64,000 nt of DNA, taken from Acidimicrobiaceae bacterium. Its GTDB lineage: Bacteria; Actinomycetota; Acidimicrobiia; Acidimicrobiales; JACDCH01. Shown piece by piece: positions 59,813 through 64,000 of the stretch. The stretch lies in the NCBI GenBank assembly GCA_041166745.1, contig JBEEGH010000002.1, forward strand, positions 151,837 to 215,836, read 5' to 3'. The position numbers and the translations under genes were made by a program. Numbering within the stretch: the first letter of the stretch is position 1; every line of letters begins with the position of its first letter. A model generated the notes under the pieces. It saw only the letters and a list, made by a program, of their open reading frames with translations. It searched no databases and was not told the origin of the DNA.

Positions 59813-61275
59813 GACCACTCGGCAGGAACGATCTGAGGCGTCGTTAGTCCTTGGATGCGCCGCGCCGCGGAGGTCAAGGCGGTGGCGCGGCTCGCCAGGC
59901 CCATCGTCGCGTCAGCCCCGGCGACTACGGGAGACGCGACACGACCGCTGGCGTCGACGAGAACAGCCGACGGCGTGCCGCGGATTCCGTATGCCCTCCG
60001 TGTGAGCGAGCCGTTGTCGACCCCGATCATCGAGAAGCCAACAGCTCGGTTAGCCTCGACAGGACCGTGCGACACCACGAACAAGCTCGGTCCGTCCTCG
60101 GTCTGCATCTGCTCCCACTCACGCAACCGCGGGAGCAAGGCGCGGCAGAACTCGCACGTCGGGCTCCAGAAAACAAGCAACACCAGGCGACCGCGGAGCG
60201 CCAGGAGCGAGAGCTGTTGTTCTTCACCGTTCACATTCTCAATCGCGATGAGCGGCGCTTCAGCTCCCACCGCGGGGGTCATGCCGACGCCGTCGCCGGC
60301 TTCCAACCCCGCGACTGCGCCTTCAACGAGGTGGCGTATTGCATGCGCGCCGGCCGCGGTCGAGCCGACTCGTCCCGACGGAAAGATCAACACGGCACTA
60401 GGCGTTGCGAGTGCTGCATAGGCGGCCGCCACCTCGTCGCCCCCCTGAAGAAGCACTGGTGCAAGTTCGAACTCTGCGACCTTCCGTTGGTTCTCCTCGA
60501 CGGAGCCGCTACTGACGAGGGCAATCGATAAGACGTCGCCATAAGTCGACTGCCAGTCGGCCAACTCTGGGAGTAACGCACCACAGGGCTCACAGTCCGG
60601 GTCGATGAAAGCGAGCAGAAGCGGTCGGTCGGCGCGCAGCAGCGAGGCCAGATTCGTGTCGGCGCCGGCAAGGTCGGGCAACACGAACGCCGGTGCCCGT
60701 GTCCCGATGGGCAACCCGAACGCGCCCTCTATGAACGGCATCACCTGGGACGGTCGTCGAAGGAGGAAATGAACGACGGCGAGGCCTTCGACGCCGATCG
60801 TCGCTAGCAGCACAACGACCACGGTTCGGGGTGTCTCGTGCGAGAGCGCATAGTCAGCGACGGCCGTGCCGACTCCTGGCGCCTTCGGGCCGAACACGAC
60901 CACCACAAACCCCGCGATCAAAACGAGATTTCGGACAATGGACCGACCGCTGATCGGCGCTTGGCTGAGCGTGCCGAAACAGTTGCAGTTTGGGCGTTTG
61001 CCTTTCCGCAGGTTCACGGCAAGGAGGACCGTGAAGGCGCTCGTCACGGCGAATCCACTTATCGCCGCTGCGCGCGCTGAGCTCTCGAACAGAAGCCCTA
61101 GGACGATCGCCAACTCGATGAACGGGAGGCTGGTTGCGACGGCGCCAGCCATGCGCGTCGGTACGCCCAGGCCGGCCGCGGCCTGCCGAGTGGCACCACG
61201 ATCGGCGAGCTTCGCGAGTGCAGCCGTGGCAAACACTGTCGCGGCCACCACACGAATTACGACAACTGCGGCCAC
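59809..61275 (-). CDS. MauE/DoxX-like membrane domain fused to two thioredoxin-fold (TlpA/MauD-like) CxxC domains
   Basis: 488 aa. The N-terminus has four TM helices ending in KRPNCNCFG, a MauE-type motif. Domain 2 is LLAFIDPDCEPCGALLPELADW. Domain 3 is LLVFWSPTCEFCRALLPRLREW. Confidence 0.8.
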   Translation of the reverse strand: MAAVVVIRVVAATVFATAALAKLADRGATRQAAAGLGVPTRMAGAVATSLPFIELAIVLGLLFESSARAAAISGFAVTSAFTVLLAVNLRKGKRPNCNCFGTLSQAPISGRSIVRNLVLIAGFVVVVFGPKAPGVGTAVADYALSHETPRTVVVVLLATIGVEGLAVVHFLLRRPSQVMPFIEGAFGLPIGTRAPAFVLPDLAGADTNLASLLRADRPLLLAFIDPDCEPCGALLPELADWQSTYGDVLSIALVSSGSVEENQRKVAEFELAPVLLQGGDEVAAAYAALATPSAVLIFPSGRVGSTAAGAHAIRHLVEGAVAGLEAGDGVGMTPAVGAEAPLIAIENVNGEEQQLSLLALRGRLVLLVFWSPTCEFCRALLPRLREWEQMQTEDGPSLFVVSHGPVEANRAVGFSMIGVDNGSLTRRAYGIRGTPSAVLVDASGRVASPVVAGADATMGLASRATALTSAARRIQGLTTPQIVPAEWS

Positions 61276-61285
61276 CGAAATGAAG

Positions 61286-62032
61286 TTACCCGGCCAAGCG
61301 GTCGACGATCATCGACGCGGTCTCCCTCGCATCGCCGCGCGCCCCGCTGTAGGACGTCGCCGACGACACGAGGGTGCGCAGCGCGCGAAGCGTCACCGCA
61401 GGGCGGCTCCGGATGGTCAGGCTATGAGCCAACACGGCCATGAGGGCGTCCGCCGGCCGGATGCGTTGTGGCCGCCAGCTCGCGCCAGATTCGAACGACG
61501 TCAGCACCACCATGTGCGCCTTCACTGCGTCAATCCCCACTTTGAACCCGTCGTACGGATCCGCAAAATACAACGGATCTCGAAACAGCAGTGGCCTCGG
61601 GAACGGATCGATGCGGCCATCGGCGCCAACTACCGCATGTTCGTCTGAGTAGTACGTCCCGCCTGCCTCGACGAGCGCGGCTACAAGCGTCGTCTTTCCT
61701 GAGTGCGATGCCCCAGGGATGACCACCGCCCGGTTTGCGAACGCGACAACCCCAGCGTGGACCATCGCATGGTCGGTTGCGACCTCGACGAGCTGCGTTT
61801 GGAGATCCTCGAAGAACGCGTGCCGCAGCGACTCAGGGCTCTCGGCTGAGGACAGCACGACCCCGTTCCGTCGCAACGAATGAAGCGAACCGCTAGTTAC
61901 GACTGAGTACGAGACGTCCGACACGTGGCAATCCGCGGCGGCGCGCCGAAGATTTCGGCCGAGGGTTGTTAGAACGGGCTCGGGACCGAGCAGCGCGATG
62001 CGGAGAGGACCAACTTGGACGACGTGCTCCAC
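61286..62032 (-). CDS. HPr-kinase-related P-loop protein
   Basis: 248 aa. VHAGVVAFANRAVVIPGASHSGKTTLVAALVEAGGTYYSDEHAVV matches the HprK C-terminal domain P-loop context. It starts 10 nt after the upstream stop. Confidence 0.7.
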   Translation of the reverse strand: MEHVVQVGPLRIALLGPEPVLTTLGRNLRRAAADCHVSDVSYSVVTSGSLHSLRRNGVVLSSAESPESLRHAFFEDLQTQLVEVATDHAMVHAGVVAFANRAVVIPGASHSGKTTLVAALVEAGGTYYSDEHAVVGADGRIDPFPRPLLFRDPLYFADPYDGFKVGIDAVKAHMVVLTSFESGASWRPQRIRPADALMAVLAHSLTIRSRPAVTLRALRTLVSSATSYSGARGDARETASMIVDRLAG

Positions 62033-62042
62033 CGCACCAGAG

Positions 62043-62693
62043 CTAGGCAGGTGCCTTGCACTTACCGGAACCGTTCACGCCGTTGAGGCTGCAGCACAGG
62101 TGTGCGTCTGCCACCGTGACGCCGTCGGCGATGCAAGCAACGCATGTTCCAGTGTCAGGGCTTGGGACGTTGCACCGGCAGTTGCCTGTCCCTGCCGTGT
62201 TCTCGCCTGTACACGGAGAGTTGACCCGATTGCAGGTGCCAGCGCATGTAGCCGCGGCTGCGGGTGTTGGGGCGACGATGGTAGTAATGACCGGAATCGT
62301 GGCTGCCGCCACGCCCATCCGAATGAGGAGCTGCCGCCGGGACAACCGCCGCACTCCCTCTTGTGATTGCTCGGCATCGGACGGCGGGCCCAACAGTAGG
62401 GAGGCGGCGTCCAGCAGCGCGATGGCTTCGACAACGATCTCCAGGGGAAGGTCGCTCTTGGAGTCTCGGGACACCTCCTGTCGGAGCGCTTCGATATCGC
62501 GTGACCCGTCGCAAAGGCGCCACACGGCGGCCGTGGTCTCGTTCAAGTGGTGAACGGTGTCATCTCTCTCGTCGTAAACCACGAGCTCGTCGTCCATCGG
62601 TTCGACCAGAAGCCGTTCTGATCGAGCAGTCGGCCGGTCCGCAGTCATACGCGCATCGTACACCGCGGCATCTTTGCCCTGCACCAGGGGCAT
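62043..62693 (-). CDS. PqqD-like (RRE) domain protein fused to a twin-arginine/TM segment and a C-terminal 10-Cys module
   Basis: 216 aa, with ATG at 62693 preceded by GGGAG. The PqqD-like core is LLVEPMDDELVVYDERDDTVHHLNETTAAVWRLCDGSRDIEALRQEV...IVVEAIALLDAASLL. This is followed by RRLSRRQLLIRMGVAAATIPVITTIVAPTPAAAA. The C-terminal module is TCAGTCNRVNSPCTGENTAGTGNCRCNVPSPDTGTCVACIADGVTVADAHLCCSLNGVNGSGKCKAPA. Confidence 0.7.
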   Translation of the reverse strand: MPLVQGKDAAVYDARMTADRPTARSERLLVEPMDDELVVYDERDDTVHHLNETTAAVWRLCDGSRDIEALRQEVSRDSKSDLPLEIVVEAIALLDAASLLLGPPSDAEQSQEGVRRLSRRQLLIRMGVAAATIPVITTIVAPTPAAAATCAGTCNRVNSPCTGENTAGTGNCRCNVPSPDTGTCVACIADGVTVADAHLCCSLNGVNGSGKCKAPA

Positions 62694-62787
62694 ACAGACG
62701 CTCCCTGCGGATCAGATGGCGAATGACTAGCCCATCGTGACTGGGACGTCATATCCCGTAGAGGTCATTTTGCCGATGTGCCTACAG

Positions 62788-62833
62788 CCGCTCTTGCGGA
62801 ACGTCGAACCCATGAGCAATCCCGCAAGAGCGG
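62788..62833. other. 12-bp perfect stem (CCGCTCTTGCGG / CCGCAAGAGCGG) with a 22-nt loop in the divergent intergenic region upstream of the WxL-like gene
   Basis: Read directly. The left arm is 62788-62799 and the right arm is 62822-62833. It ends 28 nt before the ATG at 62862. Confidence 0.4.
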
Positions 62834-62861
62834 GTTCGATCCCAGCCCAAAGGTGTTTCAC

Positions 62862-63395
62862 ATGAACAAGAAAATGCTCGGAGCGGGCCTGGTCATCGCC
62901 ACCTCGCTTCTCGCCAGTATCAGCCCAGCTTTCGGCGACATCGGCGTCACCGTCGTTCCGGGGACTCGTGCCGCGAGCGCCACCGACCTCGTACTTCCGG
63001 AGGTGAACTCGGAACACGTGTCGCGCTACACGTCCGGCGCCGTGACACTTTGGGCCGACGACAGCACAGGATCCGGCGCAGGGTGGGCCGTCACCGTTCA
63101 GGCTGACGACTTCACCGGTCCCGGAGCCATTCCGGCCGCAAACCTGTCCGCCTATTGGGCAGCCCCGGTCGCGACCATTGCCGGCCAGCCCGTGGACGCG
63201 GACGGCGGGCCTGACATTCAGAGCAGTCTTGCTCTGGGGCCGCTCGACCAGCCGCGGACGCTCATGCAGGCCTTCGAGGGCTTCGGCATGGGGACCTACT
63301 CGCAGCAAGTCGGTCTTCTGCTCAAGGTGCCAGCCGACACATTGGCCGGCAGCTACACGACGGAGTTGACCGTCAGCATCACCGCCGCACCGTAA
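62862..63395 (+). CDS. Secreted WxL-domain-like surface protein
   Basis: I chose the internal ATG at 62862. The signal peptide is MNKKMLGAGLVIATSLLASISPAFG. Also present are GAGWAVTVQADDFTG and the C-terminal GSYTTELTVSITAAP, which resemble WxL-domain proteins. Confidence 0.55.
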   Translation: MNKKMLGAGLVIATSLLASISPAFGDIGVTVVPGTRAASATDLVLPEVNSEHVSRYTSGAVTLWADDSTGSGAGWAVTVQADDFTGPGAIPAANLSAYWAAPVATIAGQPVDADGGPDIQSSLALGPLDQPRTLMQAFEGFGMGTYSQQVGLLLKVPADTLAGSYTTELTVSITAAP

Positions 63396-63410
63396 ACAGA
63401 TGTCACTCTC

Positions 63411-63443
63411 AGGAGCGGGTCGCGCGAAGCGCGGCCCGCTCCT
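63411..63443 (+). terminator. GC-rich hairpin after the WxL-like gene
   Basis: Sequence is aggagcggg-tcgcgcgaagcgcgg-cccgctcct followed by ctaattct. It begins 16 nt after the stop at 63395. Confidence 0.55.
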
Positions 63444-63466
63444 CTAATTCTGGAAGGCTTTCGTCA

Positions 63467-64000
63467 ATGTCTCGCATCGGTCGTGCGCTGATCTGCACCG
63501 TCGTGATGGTGCTCGCGCTCGGAGCGACGGCGGCAACGCCGTCGCTTGCCACGACCGGTCAGGCCGAGGCACCGAAGCTCACAATCTCACCTGCGGACGG
63601 CAGCGGTTCCTTCTTCACCGTGACGGGGGCGCCAGGTGAGACAAAGCCGCTAACTGCGAGCCTGCGCAACCCGGGAACACAGTCGGTCCCCGCCCGCACC
63701 TATGCCGCCGACGCCTTCACCGTCGTGAATGGTGGTCTCGGCGCTCGAACGTGGGGCGATGCGAAGTCAGCGCCCACGACATGGCTCGACTACCCCGATG
63801 AGAACCTCAACCTCGGCGCGGGCGAGGCCGTGCAACGCAACTTCAATGTGGCGATTCCTGCCGACGCGAGCGCTGGCCAGCACATCGCCGCCTTGGTGAT
63901 CGAGAACCAGGACCTATTCAGCACCGGATCGGACGCCCCGGCGCAGCAGCGCCTGCGGCAGGTGATCGCGGTGCTGGTGACCGTTTCCGGTCCGCTTGCA
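63467..64000 (+). CDS. Secreted DUF916-like cell-surface protein, partial (runs off window end)
   Basis: My own translation from ATG at 63467 (preceded by GGAAGG) gives MSRIGRALICTVVMVLALGATAATPSLATTGQAEAPKLTISPADGSGSFFTVTGAPGETKPLTASLRNPGTQSVPARTYAADAFTVVNGG... It is open to position 64000. The pattern resembles the DUF916 partners found in WxL loci. Confidence 0.5.
   Translation, partial: MSRIGRALICTVVMVLALGATAATPSLATTGQAEAPKLTISPADGSGSFFTVTGAPGETKPLTASLRNPGTQSVPARTYAADAFTVVNGGLGARTWGDAKSAPTTWLDYPDENLNLGAGEAVQRNFNVAIPADASAGQHIAALVIENQDLFSTGSDAPAQQRLRQVIAVLVTVSGPLA

Noticed and set aside
62822-62845. tRNA-like T-arm string (gcgggttcgatccc).
   Set aside because: The stem does not close (GCGGG versus CCAGC). 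I could not build acceptor, D or anticodon arms from the flanks. The string is part of the right arm of the 12-bp hairpin.
1-64000. Search by eye for CRISPR arrays, IS elements or transposases, integrases, prophage genes, toxin-antitoxin pairs and rRNA/tRNA genes.
   Set aside because: None was found. The only repeats are the four-copy hairpin element, the paired adhesin 3' hairpins, the GT 3'-end duplication and in-frame low-complexity coding repeats.

Overview
High-GC, densely coding chromosomal window. The gene content looks actinobacterial (LAXTG sorting signals, a PMT-type protein O-mannosyltransferase, a GT87/DUF2029 membrane glycosyltransferase); this taxonomic call is inference only. 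I found no rRNA, tRNA, CRISPR array, transposase or integrase.

Layout from left to right:
1. 1-8.4 kb: a truncated DUF5996-like gene, a hybrid GAF/PAS histidine kinase with a convergent OmpR-type regulator, pilT, a DUF429 gene, a sigma-factor remnant, purU and an intact ECF sigma factor.
2. 9.1-17.2 kb: a type IVa-like pilus operon on the minus strand. Order is pilB, pilC, two prepilin-type minor pilins, a PilX-like protein, a major pilin, then an O-antigen-ligase/TPR protein in the position of a TfpO/PglL pilin glycosylase.
3. 17.3-28.6 kb: a cell-surface island with two large paralogous DUF11/SpaA-fold adhesins and a poly-Ser protein. All three carry LARTG sorting signals. A PMT-like and a GT87-like glycosyltransferase sit between them.
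4. 29.3-33.4 kb: a class A PBP and hypothetical genes.
5. 33.4-35.0 kb: a low-coding island.
6. 35.0-58.1 kb: a roughly 23 kb polysaccharide locus. It holds a BY-kinase/Wzz, many GT4/GT2/GT47/WbsX transferases, a three-domain GT fusion, a Wzy-like protein, acyl- and acetyltransferases, three methyltransferases and Wzm/Wzt.
7. 58.4-62.7 kb: the strongest candidate for an undescribed system. A minus-strand operon encodes a PqqD-like (RRE) domain fused in one frame to a twin-arginine/TM segment and a 68-aa module with 10 Cys, then an HPr-kinase-like P-loop protein, then a MauE/DoxX membrane domain fused to two CxxC thioredoxin-like domains. It converges on an NTP_transf_5-type nucleotidyltransferase gene.
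8. 62.9-64.0 kb: a WxL-like / DUF916-like surface-protein pair.

Other notable signals:
- A four-copy conserved 54-55 nt hairpin element, with three copies in 5' leaders, including that of purU.
- Conserved 3' hairpins after both adhesin paralogs.
- An acyltransferase cassette flanked by diverged ~270 bp direct repeats of a GT gene's 3' end.
- A GT4 gene with ACG where the family's initiator Met is expected.

All family assignments come from reading motifs in the supplied translations. No database search was run.
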